A stretch of DNA of 64,000 nucleotides from an uncultured virus (IMG/VR IMGVR_UViG_3300009168_000001) (IMGVR_UViG_3300009168_000001), one strand, 5' to 3'. Counted from the stretch's first letter, positions 1-10,989 are shown. Notes: generated by a model from the sequence alone, not told the origin. A program made the numbers and translations.

Positions 1-1383
1 AATCGCATCGTCAACTGGCACAACGGCAAGTCGCGGACGCTCGACGTCTCGATCCACTTCAACGCCTATCAGACCACCAGCGCTGCGATGGGCACCGAGT
101 GCCTGTACCTGACGCAGAAGGATTTGGCGAAGAAGGTTGCGGACGGCGTCGCGCGCGCGACCGGCTTGCCGAATCGCGGGCCGAAGTATCGCGACAACCT
201 GTTCTTCCTCAACTCGACGGATGAAAAGGCTGTCTTGGTCGAGGTGGTGTTCGTGGATAGCTCGCGCGACTCGGAGGTCTACGAGGACCAGTTCGCCGAC
301 GTGTGCAGCGAGCTCGCTTCCGCGTTGGCCGGCAAGAGTATCGAGACCGAGCCGCCGGATGTGGAAGCGCCGCCGACGACGCCTCCAGAGATTCCCGAGG
401 AAGAGCCGGGACGTCCAACCATCGGGCTCGGCGACAACGGCGACTACGTCGTGGAGGTGCAGACCTTGCTCGGCGTATTCCCTGCCGATGGTGACTTCGG
501 ACCGATCACTGACGGCGCTGTGCGCGGCTATCAGGCGGCCTATGGCGAGGGTGTGGTGGCTGACGGCATCGTCGGTCCCAAGACGTGGAAGGCGCTCGAC
601 TATCTCGCGGATGCCAAGGCCTCGGGCAATGACCGTATGCCGGCGGATCAGGCGCGGCGGATCGCTGACATCGCCGAGAAGTCGGCAATCGCCAAGTATT
701 CGTGGAAGGATCGCGGCAAGTTGCCGGTCGGCTACACCTGCGGCATCGCGCAGTGCTTTGGGTTGGCGGCGACGCGGCTGATGCAGGGCCACCCGATTGC
801 GGTGACCGCCGCACAGGCGGACCGTAACCTTGCCGAGAAGGACGCGCTGACGTGGTATCGTGACGAGTTCGCGGCGCACGGCATGGACAACTCGGTCGAC
901 GGCATCGACACGCTGCGGCACCTGTTCGTGCTGTTGCTCGGGCTCGGTGCGCGCGAGTCGAGCGGGCGCTACTGCGAGGGCCGCGATATGTCAGCGGACA
1001 ACGTATCCGCTGACACGGCGGAGGCCTCGATGTACCAGACCAGTTGGAATATCCGCTCGTGCTCGTCGGCGATTCCGCCATTGCTGCAAGAGTACTGGGC
1101 CAACCCGAACGGCTTCCTGCCGACGTTTCAGAACGGCATCAAGCTGGACAAGGACGATCTCGGCAACTTCGGCTCAGGCGATGGTGCCAAGTTTCAATTC
1201 CTGTCGAAGTACTGCCCGGCCTTCCATTGCTTCGTGACCGGCGTCGGCTTGCGCTACCTGCGCCAGCACTGGGGCCCGATCAACCGGCAGGAGGTCGAGA
1301 TACGCGCCGACGCCAACAAGATGCTGTTGGAAGTTCAACACTTGCTCAGCGAGGACTCCGCTGAAATGGAGATGATGTCATGA
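1..1383 (+). CDS. Endolysin (5'-partial): N-acetylmuramoyl-L-alanine amidase (Amidase_3) + peptidoglycan-binding domain + C-terminal lysozyme-like domain
   Basis: Frame is open from base 1 (NRIVNWHNGKSRTLDVSIHFNA). Amidase_3 motifs SIHFNA and AVLVEVVFVD; Pro/Glu linker; PG_binding_1 signature DGDFGPITDGAVRGYQ...DGIVGPKTW; C-terminal RESSG...MYQ. Confidence 0.85.
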   Translation, partial: NRIVNWHNGKSRTLDVSIHFNAYQTTSAAMGTECLYLTQKDLAKKVADGVARATGLPNRGPKYRDNLFFLNSTDEKAVLVEVVFVDSSRDSEVYEDQFADVCSELASALAGKSIETEPPDVEAPPTTPPEIPEEEPGRPTIGLGDNGDYVVEVQTLLGVFPADGDFGPITDGAVRGYQAAYGEGVVADGIVGPKTWKALDYLADAKASGNDRMPADQARRIADIAEKSAIAKYSWKDRGKLPVGYTCGIAQCFGLAATRLMQGHPIAVTAAQADRNLAEKDALTWYRDEFAAHGMDNSVDGIDTLRHLFVLLLGLGARESSGRYCEGRDMSADNVSADTAEASMYQTSWNIRSCSSAIPPLLQEYWANPNGFLPTFQNGIKLDKDDLGNFGSGDGAKFQFLSKYCPAFHCFVTGVGLRYLRQHWGPINRQEVEIRADANKMLLEVQHLLSEDSAEMEMMS

Positions 1384-1553
1384 CCCTTGGTTTAGCGTTC
1401 TATATCATAATGCTGATCTGGCTGGTGTTCGGCGGCTTGATTCATTTCGGCATGGTCGCCACCGCCTACGCTGGCGTCAGCACGCTGTTGCTGTTCGTGC
1501 TTTTTCTTCTGTTGGGTTGGCAAGTGTTCGGTCCTCCGTTGCGGTCATCGTGA
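1380..1553 (+). CDS. Small two-TM membrane protein, holin candidate (57 aa)
   Basis: Hand-translated MTLGLAFYIIMLIWLVFGGLIHFGMVATAYAGVSTLLLFVLFLLLGWQVFGPPLRSS; ATGA overlap with the endolysin stop. Confidence 0.6.
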   Translation: MTLGLAFYIIMLIWLVFGGLIHFGMVATAYAGVSTLLLFVLFLLLGWQVFGPPLRSS

Positions 1554-1636
1554 CCACGGAGGACATGGTGTTGGTCGTGATTGCCGTGGTGGTGGTCGTG
1601 CTGGTCGCCGTGTTGGCGCAGGCGCTCTGGGGATAA
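1550..1636 (+). CDS. Tiny single-TM peptide (28 aa)
   Basis: GTGA-coupled ORF MTTEDMVLVVIAVVVVVLVAVLAQALWG. Confidence 0.4.
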   Translation: MTTEDMVLVVIAVVVVVLVAVLAQALWG

Positions 1637-1638
1637 CC

Positions 1639-1737
1639 ATGCTGGAATGCTGGCTGCCCGTGCTCATCGCGTTCTTCATCGGCACCGCCATGGGCGGCCT
1701 CGCCGTGGCCTTCATGTCTGCCGCCCGGGGCAATTGA
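1639..1737 (+). CDS. Tiny single-TM peptide (32 aa)
   Basis: MLECWLPVLIAFFIGTAMGGLAVAFMSAARGN, starting 2 nt after the previous stop. Confidence 0.4.
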   Translation: MLECWLPVLIAFFIGTAMGGLAVAFMSAARGN

Positions 1738-1741
1738 TCGG

Positions 1742-1758
1742 CCACGTGGAGAGATATT
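1742..1758 (+). repeat. Intergenic motif CCACGTGGAGAGATATT, copy 1
   Basis: Same sequence at 19949-19965; 16-bp core on the - strand at 25201-25216. Lies at a convergent gene junction. Confidence 0.8.
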
Positions 1759-2058
1759 AGGTTCCACCGACCTTGAAGCCGGCGGCGAGGGTCAGGGCCA
1801 GCGCCAATGCCCGCGCCGCCTTGGAATCCGCCTCACCCATGAGGGCAAGGAGCTCGTCCGCTGTCGGAGGAGGGCCGCCCACAACAGCCTCTCGGCGGGC
1901 TTCCCTCGCGATCTGGTGCAGGCGTTCCCGGTGCCGGGCGGCGGTGGCGAAGTGCAGGTGCCGGCATCGCGGGCAGGACGACCGCCGCTTGCCGCCCGGG
2001 GGCAGGGTCCAGTGTCGCCGGCAGGTCTCGCAGATCAGGCGCACAACGGCCACCCAAG

Positions 2059-2331
2059 TTAATGCGGTTGCTTGGCTTTTACCTGTTGCCACGCCCGGCG
2101 CACATCCCTGATTCGCCGGTCGGCGTCTAGCTCTCGCTGTTCGCTACGGGTCGGCTTGCGCATCCCTTCGTCGGTGGTGCTGTCCACGATGTTGAACGCG
2201 CCGCAGGCGAAGCACATCGAGGCATCGCCATTCTTCGGGGCAGCGTCATCCTTGGTAGCGTGCGTCATCCGGTCGTGGTGAGCGCCACAGAACGAACAGG
2301 TGGTGCGCAGGTGGATCGATAGGTCGGTCAT
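2059..2331 (-). CDS. Small Zn-ribbon protein
   Basis: CSFC...CFAC pairs; tightly packed among neighbouring leftward genes. Confidence 0.55.
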   Translation of the reverse strand: MTDLSIHLRTTCSFCGAHHDRMTHATKDDAAPKNGDASMCFACGAFNIVDSTTDEGMRKPTRSEQRELDADRRIRDVRRAWQQVKAKQPH

Positions 2332-2494
2332 TTGCCCTGCATCGCCTTCTCGATCTCGGCGATGATCAGTTCGCGCTCGATGTCGCCCGAGCACGGCAGG
2401 ATGTCGATCTTGCCGGCCATGAACAGCACGAGGTTGGCTTCGGCCATCAGCCGGGCCTCGCGCACGGCGTGCCAGTAGCGTTGCTTGGCGGTCA

Positions 2495-2890
2495 TCATTT
2501 GCTACCTCCCTTTGGCCCAACCAGTAGCATCGGTGGCAACGGTATCGTCATGTCGATGCTTTTCCAAAGATGAAGCACATACGGATGGAAATTGACGTAC
2601 TCGCTCTTCGGTGGATGGTACTGCACGACGAGCTCTTCCTCATTCCAGAAAAGGTCCTTGACGAAACACATCTCCTCCCAAGTCGGGCATCGTTGCTCGC
2701 AGGATGCGGACACATGCTCCCATCCCGTATCGTTCCCGAGGCCGCCCGGTCCGCTGGACAGGGCGAGCATCAGCGCACCGCCCGGTGCGAGTAGTCGGAA
2801 CGCTCCAGCCAAACCGAACGACTCATCGCTACCGTATTGTCCCGTCCTGATCCTGTTCGCTTGCAGCGTCAGCGGCGTGAACTTTTTCAT
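2495..2890 (-). CDS. Conserved phage hypothetical protein
   Basis: Recognisable phage motif GWEHVS...CPTWEEMCFVKDLFW...QYHP...YVNFHPYVLHLW. Confidence 0.7.
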   Translation of the reverse strand: MKKFTPLTLQANRIRTGQYGSDESFGLAGAFRLLAPGGALMLALSSGPGGLGNDTGWEHVSASCEQRCPTWEEMCFVKDLFWNEEELVVQYHPPKSEYVNFHPYVLHLWKSIDMTIPLPPMLLVGPKGGSK

Positions 2891-3111
2891 AGCCACGTCT
2901 CCACGATCACCGGGTCGTCGTTCTCGTCGCGCGTCAGGCAGACCAGCCTCATGTCCATCATTTGCTCGCGCAAGAATTCCAGCGACGGCGCGATGACGAT
3001 GCTGGCGGTGGCGCGCGGTCCGTCAGCGTCGACCTCGAATAGCCGCGCCACATAGTCGTTCGGATAATCACTTGGGTGCTTGTAGACGGTCCACATTCGA
3101 AGCGTGCTCAT
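2887..3111 (-). CDS. Conserved phage hypothetical protein
   Basis: WTVYKHPSDYP...DDPVIVETWL; 4-nt overlaps at both ends. Confidence 0.6.
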   Translation of the reverse strand: MSTLRMWTVYKHPSDYPNDYVARLFEVDADGPRATASIVIAPSLEFLREQMMDMRLVCLTRDENDDPVIVETWL

Positions 3112-3322
3112 GGGATGCCCTTCTCGCGATCCTCTCTGATTTGCTGCGCGACCGCTTCCAGAATTTCTGGCAGTGCCATCGTCGTCATGAGATCGGCCTG
3201 ACAGGAGAATCCGCCGTGGCTCGGCCTTGGATCGACTACGATCAGCAACACGCCACCGACATCTCCGATCCCGAGTTGCTCGCGCACCATCGTGCACAGG
3301 TCGTCGTGTCTGCCCGGTCCAA

Positions 3323-3502
3323 TCATTCGACACCTATCCAAATCATCCACAACCAGATCAGCATCGCAACCGACGCCAGCACGACCATCATGTCGGTCCA
3401 GTCGATGCGGTCCAGTCGCTCCTTTGCGACGTCGATCCAGTCCAGTGGCCGGCCACGCAGTTCGTCTTGTTTGTCGCGCAGTAGTTTCTCCAGATCGGTC
3501 AT
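3323..3502 (-). CDS. Small C-terminally anchored membrane protein (paralogue of 38106-38294)
   Basis: MTDLEKLLRDKQ... followed by a hydrophobic C-terminus. Confidence 0.55.
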   Translation of the reverse strand: MTDLEKLLRDKQDELRGRPLDWIDVAKERLDRIDWTDMMVVLASVAMLIWLWMIWIGVE

Positions 3503-4567
3503 GGCCACACCTTCCTCTTCCTCCAATAGCACTTGGAGTCGCTTCGGTGGTTTGTCGTTGCGATCTTCCATGCGCCAGAGCCGCGCGCACTGTTCGGCGT
3601 TCAAGTATCCGGTGGTTGCGATCTCCACGAATTCAGCCTCGCTGATCGTCCACCAGAATTTCGGCGGGATCGCCTGCGGTTTGGTCACGATGTTTCCAGA
3701 TCGGTCATTGTTTCCTCGGTGGTGCCTTCTCGATGATCTTGTCGATGATCCGCGCCATGTGCTCGCGCATCTTGTCGCGCTGATCCGCCGGAAGCTGTAC
3801 CAGCCCGAAGCCGGCGCACGCCGCGCACGCGCTGATCGCATCTTCGAGCCGCGCGCCCTCCATCGCCTTGCTGACGCGCAACGAAAGCTGATCCATGTAT
3901 TCCTGATATTCCTCGTGGGTCATCTTCGATGAGTCCAGCATCACAACTCCTCTTCGTGGTCGACTTCGTCTGGAATTGTCCAGTCGGGTATCTCGGCGCG
4001 CTGCGCATAGACGACGTTGCTCGCCTTGTCGTACTTGACATCGAACCACTTGTTCTTGTGCGGGCCGTAGCCACCCGTGATGTACAACTGAACTTCTTCC
4101 GGCGGATACTCCTTGGTGCAGGTGATCGCGCCGGTCTCGCCCATCTTCAGGCGCTTCAGGATGTTGTGCACAAGGTCCGACAGTCCATCGAGATGCTCAT
4201 CCATTGCCTCGCTCCTTGATGGCCTCGTCTATAACCCGCTTCAATTCCTCGCTCGGTTCTTTCTTGCCGTAGTCGGTCTCTTCCCACCAGCGCTTGCGCA
4301 ACGCCAGCGGCAGCTTGAACCAGTGCTTGTCCATCTCCTCGCTGAGTCTCACTTCTTGCCGTCCGCGCGTATCAGATGGATGTCTGCCGGCGGCTTGGGC
4401 TTCGCGATGCGCTCGATGTTGTTGCAGTAGCCTTCGATGGCACCGACCATGTAGGTCGGCAGGTACTTGCCCTCGAACTCGTTCATCATCGTCCTGATCT
4501 GCGTGACGTTCCACGCGATGCTGTCTCGGTCTCTCATTCTGTCCCGTTTCATTTCAGTTACTCCTGT

Positions 4568-4601
4568 AAAAAAGCCGCAGGGAGATCACGCTCCCTGCGG
4601 C
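4568..4601 (-). terminator. Rho-independent terminator after the adhesin-like gene
   Basis: 11-bp stem GCCGCAGGGAG/CTCCCTGCGGC followed by T6 on the - strand. Confidence 0.85.
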
Positions 4602-4615
4602 CTCTTACTTCAGCC

Positions 4616-7501
4616 TCAGACGATGAAGCCTGTCGAAAGCTGCGCAGTGATGTGCTGCACACCCAACAGATCGAGATCGCCGTCAGCGATATTGAATGCG
4701 AAGTCGAGGTTCGCCGTCTGCGTTCCAGAGGTGGTCTGGACGAAGCCGATGTCCACGATCTTCAGCACGTCGTTGTCGGTCGGATCGAAGGCGTGCTTGA
4801 CACCCGTCGCGCCACCAGCCGCACCCAACGCCTTGTTGAAGTCGAAGGCATCGCCGGTCAGGCCGTTGGCGGACTGCATGATCTGCATGCCCTGTATCTG
4901 GTAGTGCTCGCCTGCGAGGTTGTAGTCGTTGGACTCGATGATGACGAGGCCATCGTTGTTGTCGAGCGGAAACTCCGTTGTCCATGGTGCAGGCACGCCA
5001 CCGGGAGTCGACGCTTTGTAGATATCCGCGTTCTCGATGTTGAGCATGCGCGTGGTGTGAACGTCGTCACCGCCGCCCAACACACCGTTGGCTCCGTAGT
5101 CGATCAGATCGAGATTGATCAGAAGGTCCTCGGAGTTGCCGATACCGTCGAACTTGAGCGCCACGGCGCTGACCACTTCGGTCGGCGTGATGGGTTCGTT
5201 GACGATGTGCGGGTTCTCTTGGAAGAAGCGCAAGGTGAGCAACTCGCCCTTCTGGATCGTATCGCCGGCCACGCCGTTGGTGGTCTGCGTCGCCGATACC
5301 CAGTCCGCGTGGCTATTGGCGACGAACTCGCCCGCCACCCATGCAGTGTTGCCGGTCTGATTGTCGGCACCAGTGCTATTGGTGATGAAGCCAACGCTGT
5401 TGGTGGTGCTGTTCGCCGTGAACTGGACGAAGAACGGATCACCCTGTTCAACAACCGGAGTCCCCGGGACGTCACCCGACAATTGCTCGACCACGATATT
5501 CGGATGGCCGGTATTGCCGGTCGGCTCTTTCGCCGTGAGCTCCGCAGTGTGGAGCACGTCGAACGAGAAACCCTGCACCGGAGTAAGGTCGGTGATGGTG
5601 AAGGTGTCTGCCGCCTTGTCGAAGTGCAGCGTGCCGGTCGCGGTGCCGTCTTGGACGCCAGCCGTGATCGGGTCTTTGTCGTAGTGGAATGACCAAGAGA
5701 AGTCCGCTGACGCGGCGTCCTCATGGGTCATCGTCGCCACGGCCTGCGTGATATCGGTGACCGGCGGACCATTGACGGTGCCTGTCAACGTGATCTGCGT
5801 GCCCGCGAGGTTCGGATTGACGTCAACGAAGTCCGATCCGCCGGCCAGATAGAACGCCGCCGTGTGATCGTCGTGGCCGATGTCGTAGCCGAACGCGCCG
5901 GTCGCGAACTGGCCAGCTTGGTTTCCAAGATGGATCGCGGTTGCCGTGGTCGAGTTGGACGATGGCACCGTGAGCGTGATCGTGTCGTCATCGATGGAGA
6001 AGTTCTTGCCGATCTCCAGCGTGGTCGACGCCTTGTCACCGTCCCTGTCGGTAATCTCCGCCGTCAGCGTGATCAGGCCAGCCGATGCGAAGAACAGCGT
6101 CTGGTCCGGGCCGGTGTCGGGATCGTGGGTCACCGAACGGAATTGCGTGAACACCACGTCGCCAGCGGCGCTGACGCTGATGGTGAACACGGTGTCGCCG
6201 TCAGTGTTCTTGCCGGAGATCACGCCGCCCGCCTTGGACAGTACGACCAACTGGCCGGTCTCTTCATCGGCAAGGCCGGTCGCGCCAAGGCCGAAGTTGA
6301 GATCGAAGCTGATGGCCGTGCCGCCATCCGCCCCGTAGTTCTTGGTGAACAACGGACCGTAGTCAGCGTGCGCCGCGCCGGCATTTCCCAGTGTGGTTTC
6401 GTCCACCGCAGCAACCGGCGGCGTGCCGTTCGGCGTGATGGTCGGGAAGTCGTCCTTGAAGATCAAGGAGGACGCGATCCCAACCGTCTCGTGGTCCTTG
6501 TCGCCATCCGCGTCGGTAGCGGTCGCCGTCAAGGTGATCAGGTCGTTAGCCGTCAGGCCAGTCGACTGATCCGGTCCGCTGTCGGGCGTGTGCCTGACCG
6601 CGCGCAACTGATCGAGCGTCACCTGACCGGTGCCGTCGACCGATACCGTGAACACCAGATCGCCGCCAGAGGTGCGGCCTTCGATGACGCCAGCCCCCGT
6701 CTCGGACAGGATCGCTTCGAGGTTGGTCGCCACGTCGAAGATGCCAGAACCGCCGCCGGCAGTGTCGAGCGTGTATTCCGTGCCGCTGGCACCTGCACCA
6801 TCGGTGCCGGAATCAACGGTGAAGATTTGCGAGAAGTCGTCGTGCGCGTTGGTGTCTAAAGACGAGTCGTCAACCGTGAGCGTAGGTGCGGTGCCAGTAA
6901 TGGTCACGTCCGGACCATCGTCCAAGACGATGATGTCGTCCCCAATGGGTTTGGACACCACGACAGACGCCGAGATGTTCAAGATGTCGGAGAAGTCCAC
7001 CGCGTCGTTCGGGTCGTTCGGGTCGGTGTGGTGCAGCGGCTGGAACGTGATGCTCTGCACGCCGGCCACCGTGTTGGTCGCATCCGTGCTCTCGATGTAG
7101 AACGCCGCCGCGATGGTGTCGGCACTGAAGCCTGCCACGGCACTGGTCGAGATCAGCACCACCTTGCCACCGTCAGCCGACCACATATAGAGCGGCGAGC
7201 CATCGAGAAGCGTCACGCCTACAACAAGGTCACCGTCGAGATCGTTGCCGGCGGCGTCGGAGAAGAACAGCGACTTGACGGTCTCGTTGAGACCGGGCGT
7301 CACCGTGACCAGATCAGGATCGCTCGCGCCATCAACCAATGCCGCGAAGTTCTTCTGAAAGGCCGTTAGCCCAAGACTGTTAAGGAAAGTCGCGAAGTCG
7401 GAATCGAGACCGCCAAGCGTGGCGGAGACGTCAATGTCACCCGCCTGTACTCCGGCGGTCTGGTCGAGAATCAACTGCCCGTTAATATTGATTGTAGCCA
7501 T
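4616..7501 (-). CDS. 961-aa acidic repeat adhesin-like protein (DUF5801/T1SS-143-like repeats); moron
   Basis: Repeats VFTVSVDGTGQVTLDQLRAVRH / VFTISVSAAGDVVFTQFRSVTH, DADGD/DRDGD and DDGP/DDFP; D/T/G-rich; no signal peptide; own terminator. Confidence 0.75.
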   Translation of the reverse strand: MATININGQLILDQTAGVQAGDIDVSATLGGLDSDFATFLNSLGLTAFQKNFAALVDGASDPDLVTVTPGLNETVKSLFFSDAAGNDLDGDLVVGVTLLDGSPLYMWSADGGKVVLISTSAVAGFSADTIAAAFYIESTDATNTVAGVQSITFQPLHHTDPNDPNDAVDFSDILNISASVVVSKPIGDDIIVLDDGPDVTITGTAPTLTVDDSSLDTNAHDDFSQIFTVDSGTDGAGASGTEYTLDTAGGGSGIFDVATNLEAILSETGAGVIEGRTSGGDLVFTVSVDGTGQVTLDQLRAVRHTPDSGPDQSTGLTANDLITLTATATDADGDKDHETVGIASSLIFKDDFPTITPNGTPPVAAVDETTLGNAGAAHADYGPLFTKNYGADGGTAISFDLNFGLGATGLADEETGQLVVLSKAGGVISGKNTDGDTVFTISVSAAGDVVFTQFRSVTHDPDTGPDQTLFFASAGLITLTAEITDRDGDKASTTLEIGKNFSIDDDTITLTVPSSNSTTATAIHLGNQAGQFATGAFGYDIGHDDHTAAFYLAGGSDFVDVNPNLAGTQITLTGTVNGPPVTDITQAVATMTHEDAASADFSWSFHYDKDPITAGVQDGTATGTLHFDKAADTFTITDLTPVQGFSFDVLHTAELTAKEPTGNTGHPNIVVEQLSGDVPGTPVVEQGDPFFVQFTANSTTNSVGFITNSTGADNQTGNTAWVAGEFVANSHADWVSATQTTNGVAGDTIQKGELLTLRFFQENPHIVNEPITPTEVVSAVALKFDGIGNSEDLLINLDLIDYGANGVLGGGDDVHTTRMLNIENADIYKASTPGGVPAPWTTEFPLDNNDGLVIIESNDYNLAGEHYQIQGMQIMQSANGLTGDAFDFNKALGAAGGATGVKHAFDPTDNDVLKIVDIGFVQTTSGTQTANLDFAFNIADGDLDLLGVQHITAQLSTGFIV

Positions 7502-8666
7502 GTTGATCTAATCCTTGGTCGCTTTAATCCCCCCAGTACAGAGACGCGAGCGGGGGTGATGCCCCGCGTCCCAAACTTCAGGTATGGCGGCGGTCCTTAG
7601 CCTTCGCGTGATCGTCTAAGGCGCGTTTGACCCGTCGCCAAGGAATGGTGACGATATCTCCCGTCTGATTGCCAATGCGGTAACACAGTGTCAGTCCATC
7701 CCTCTGGACGTAATACCAAAGGTCTTTAGTGACATCGTGCGATTCGCATGGATGTCCGGTAAAGTCGAACTTGCGCTTACTCACTGGTGCTCGCCTGTGA
7801 ACTGGGATTGCTAGCCTGTTTGCGTTCCGTGTCTGCGCGGTCTGCAAGAAAGCGGGCGCGGGCATCATCGTCGCGAGTGGCTGCCGGGGACGGCTCCTCA
7901 ACGCATCGGTCACATAGAATTTTATGGCCGCGAAGATTTTGGTCAGCGTCGTGGAGCGGCTTCCCGCATTTGTCGCAGGGTATTCTCTGCGGCATTTCTC
8001 GCCCAACAAAAACACCATCCGTGAACCCGCGCTCATAGACGGCAACGCCGTCTGCACCAGACGTGTCTGGTGTTTGGGCAGAACCGAATGTTCCCCGTGA
8101 CGCGCGAAACCACGTTACGGCTTCGTCAGGCATAAACCCGCCTTTGTTTTCCAAGATCAGATTGATTTCATAGACGCTCAACGCGCTGTTTTGGAACGGT
8201 TGATCGGCAACGATGGCCTGTAGATTTGCCAGCCCACTCGGCTCTTGGGCAACAGTTGTGTAGTCCCCACAAACCCCGTAAGCCGCACCGTTGTAATGGT
8301 GAGCCGCCACCATGCGCTCGACTCCCGGCTTGCCCATCTCAAGAGCGGCATCCATTGCTTCATAGGCCGGGGGCTGTTGCACTGCTTGGGCAACAGCCTG
8401 CATGGCTTGCCAACAACCGATTGCGGCGTCGTTACCAATGGGCTTGCCATACTTTTTGTACGACCAATCACGCGCCGCGTTTAACATCGCTTCAGTGGGC
8501 CGCATTGGTGCTTGGGCAACATCGAGCGACGTACACAGCTTGCGGTCGCGGTGGCCGTTGAAGGTGTCGATGAACTTCTTGGTGCTGATGAGTATCGTAC
8601 CTAGTTGCGGGTCCATTCCTGTCGCCGCCACGATGGCGTCGAAGATGGCTTGGTTATGGTTGATGA

Positions 8667-9368
8667 TCATCGCTTGCACCTCCACGACTTGCCGCCGCGC
8701 GTGACGACCTTGCGCATGTTATGCCGGGTGCAGACGTTAGAGCCAGTGTCGGCGCTGGCAGTACGAATACGGTGATGGCGGCGCTTGACCGCCGGTTGCT
8801 CTTCGTCCTCCTGAACAACAACCGGCGGCACCGCTGCGGGCACGTCGGGCATGACGCGCTCCGTCAGGACAGGCTTCGGATCGGTGGTGGCAACCATCTC
8901 GATCTGTCGGACCTTGTCCTGTTTCTTGGCGACAACAGCGGTTTGGAAAGCATCGGCCCATGCCGCGTCGAAGCGCTCCGATGGGATCGCCGCCGGCTCG
9001 ACTGTCTCTCCCGGTAACCGCTGGATCGCGAACACCATCATCAGCGAGAGGATGGCAGCGCCGCCGAACAGTACCTTGAGCGACGTCAGCTTCCATCCGG
9101 CTCGACGTTCAGCCGCATCACCACCGCTTCCAAATCCGCGCATGGCTCGCCATCCACGAAATATTCCGTTGCATGTTCGCCGCGCCTTCCGCTTTTCAGG
9201 ACGGACAAACGCGGATAGGTTTCGCTCTGATACGTGTTCTGGTAGCCGCCATTGGCGAGGTCCAGCGCCAGTCTCAGCGTCATCTTCGAATTGGTCAGCA
9301 CGTCGCGCATGGTGATCATGTCGTATCCACAAGCTGTCAGGTGATATCGTCAGGAGCGCGCCGGTCAT
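8667..9368 (-). CDS. Membrane-anchored hypothetical protein (true start probably downstream of 9368)
   Basis: Hydrophobic segment VLFGGAAILSLMMVFAI; C-terminal C..H...SWRC. Confidence 0.4.
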   Translation of the reverse strand: MTGALLTISPDSLWIRHDHHARRADQFEDDAETGAGPRQWRLPEHVSERNLSAFVRPEKRKARRTCNGIFRGWRAMRGFGSGGDAAERRAGWKLTSLKVLFGGAAILSLMMVFAIQRLPGETVEPAAIPSERFDAAWADAFQTAVVAKKQDKVRQIEMVATTDPKPVLTERVMPDVPAAVPPVVVQEDEEQPAVKRRHHRIRTASADTGSNVCTRHNMRKVVTRGGKSWRCKR

Positions 9369-9997
9369 GACTTCACCATCTCATGCGCTCGCATGATGGC
9401 TACTTCGAACAGCGCAACTGGATCGATGGCCTGATCGGCCTCCAGATAACTGATGACTTGCTTGACACGCGGTCCGGTCAGCATCGAGACTACAGTGAAG
9501 CCAAGGTAGCGTAATTCGATGCGCACCCTGCCGTTCTTCACGTCATCGATGGCGGTGATCTTCTCGAAGTCGTCACGCGTCATGTGCCGGCCCCCATCTG
9601 TTCGATCATCAGTTCGATGAACCGCTCGGTGTCGGACGTTTCCTTGTCGCGATTGTCGCCGTAGTGGACGGCGACCACGATCTTGATTGCCTCGCAGCGC
9701 GCGGTCTGATCGTGCTTGCCGCGCAGGGCGGCCAGCTTATCGATTGCTTCCTGCGGTGTCATGGTTGCTCCTTCAGGCCGGCAGCACTAACCCACACAAG
9801 CCACGCTTTAGTCAATACAGCCTTTGCAGTTTCCTCAGATTCAGCGATTCCGCTGGCCCGACCGCCCTGTGGCTGGATCGTATTGAGCGACCAAAGCCAC
9901 CGGTCGGTCGCTGAGCTCTCCACGTATCCGATGCGGACGCTGCCGGCGTATGCGGCTTGCAGCGTCCCCGTCGTCTTGTTGCGCTTAAAGGTCAGGC

Positions 9998-10402
9998 TCA
10001 CAGACCAACCTTGATCTTGAACTCGTCGCAGGTCTTTCTGATCTCCGACGACAACGCGCTCACCTGTTCGATCAGGGCTTGCGAGTGCTTGCCCTTCTCG
10101 CGGATCGCCGCCGCCGTTTCCGCGACGTGCTTCATGTCGACGTTGCATTCGATCAGCGCCTCACCGAGGCGCTTCACCATCGTCTTGACGTCGTTGCCCA
10201 TCTCCTCGACCGCCTTGGCTGCGGCCTCGTACTGGGTCAGCACAGCCTCGGCGGACATGCGGCCAAGGTCATCGATCCTGACGTTGTCCTCGCGCGCGGG
10301 CGGTGGCGTGTGGCGCGAGAGCACCTGCCTGATGTCGCGCTCGATCTCATTGGGGCGAACGCCGCTGCCAGTGCGCGGCATCATCGGTGTTGGTTCGATC
10401 AT
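9998..10402 (-). CDS. Coiled-coil hypothetical protein
   Basis: Helical, A/E/K-rich sequence; ATGA overlap with 10399-10803. Confidence 0.55.
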   Translation of the reverse strand: MIEPTPMMPRTGSGVRPNEIERDIRQVLSRHTPPPAREDNVRIDDLGRMSAEAVLTQYEAAAKAVEEMGNDVKTMVKRLGEALIECNVDMKHVAETAAAIREKGKHSQALIEQVSALSSEIRKTCDEFKIKVGL

Positions 10403-10989
10403 TGTTGGATTCCTTGTGCGTTGATCATCATCCAGTAGGTGAGGCCACGGGCGTTCGGCAGTTCGGTGTGAATGCAGCCCCATTGCTCGCCAGTCGACAT
10501 CGCGCGATGGATCACGCGATCCTTTACCACAAGTCCCCAGAACAACCCTGCCTGATACGGACTCTGTTTGCTGATCTTCATGTAGATCGGCCACAGCGGC
10601 GTGCCCCACCAATCCTTCTCGCACATGAAGGACGAGCAACATATTTTCTTCTTGGCGTTGGCTGCCTTGTCGATCTGCGTGTCGGTGTGGTCGAACAGGT
10701 CTGTCAATTCCTGCGGTGTCAGTTGCTGAAGCTTGGCCTGATAGTCAGCGTTGTAAAAGTTGGCGGTCACGGTAATGCCGCCACGTTCGAAGTCCTGTAG
10801 CATCGGTTGCTCCTTTAGTTGTCGAGAAGCTTCTTGAGATCGGTCGGCAGCCTGCCGCGCTTGTGCAGGAAGCGCGCCATCAGCCGGGTGAGGCTACGGG
10901 CGCGCTCGGGCATCGGCAGGTCTTTGGCCGCGTTCACCTGTTCTTCTATCTGATGCAGTTCATCGTCGTTGGCGTTGGCATACTCGCCG

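Noticed and set aside
4376..6859. Long + strand ORFs (438 aa, 378 aa) opposite the adhesin gene, and similar antisense ORFs elsewhere (e.g. 21649-22788, 32663-33619, 39509-40591)
   Set aside because: Shadow ORFs typical of high-GC coding DNA; no motifs, and they lie opposite well-supported genes.
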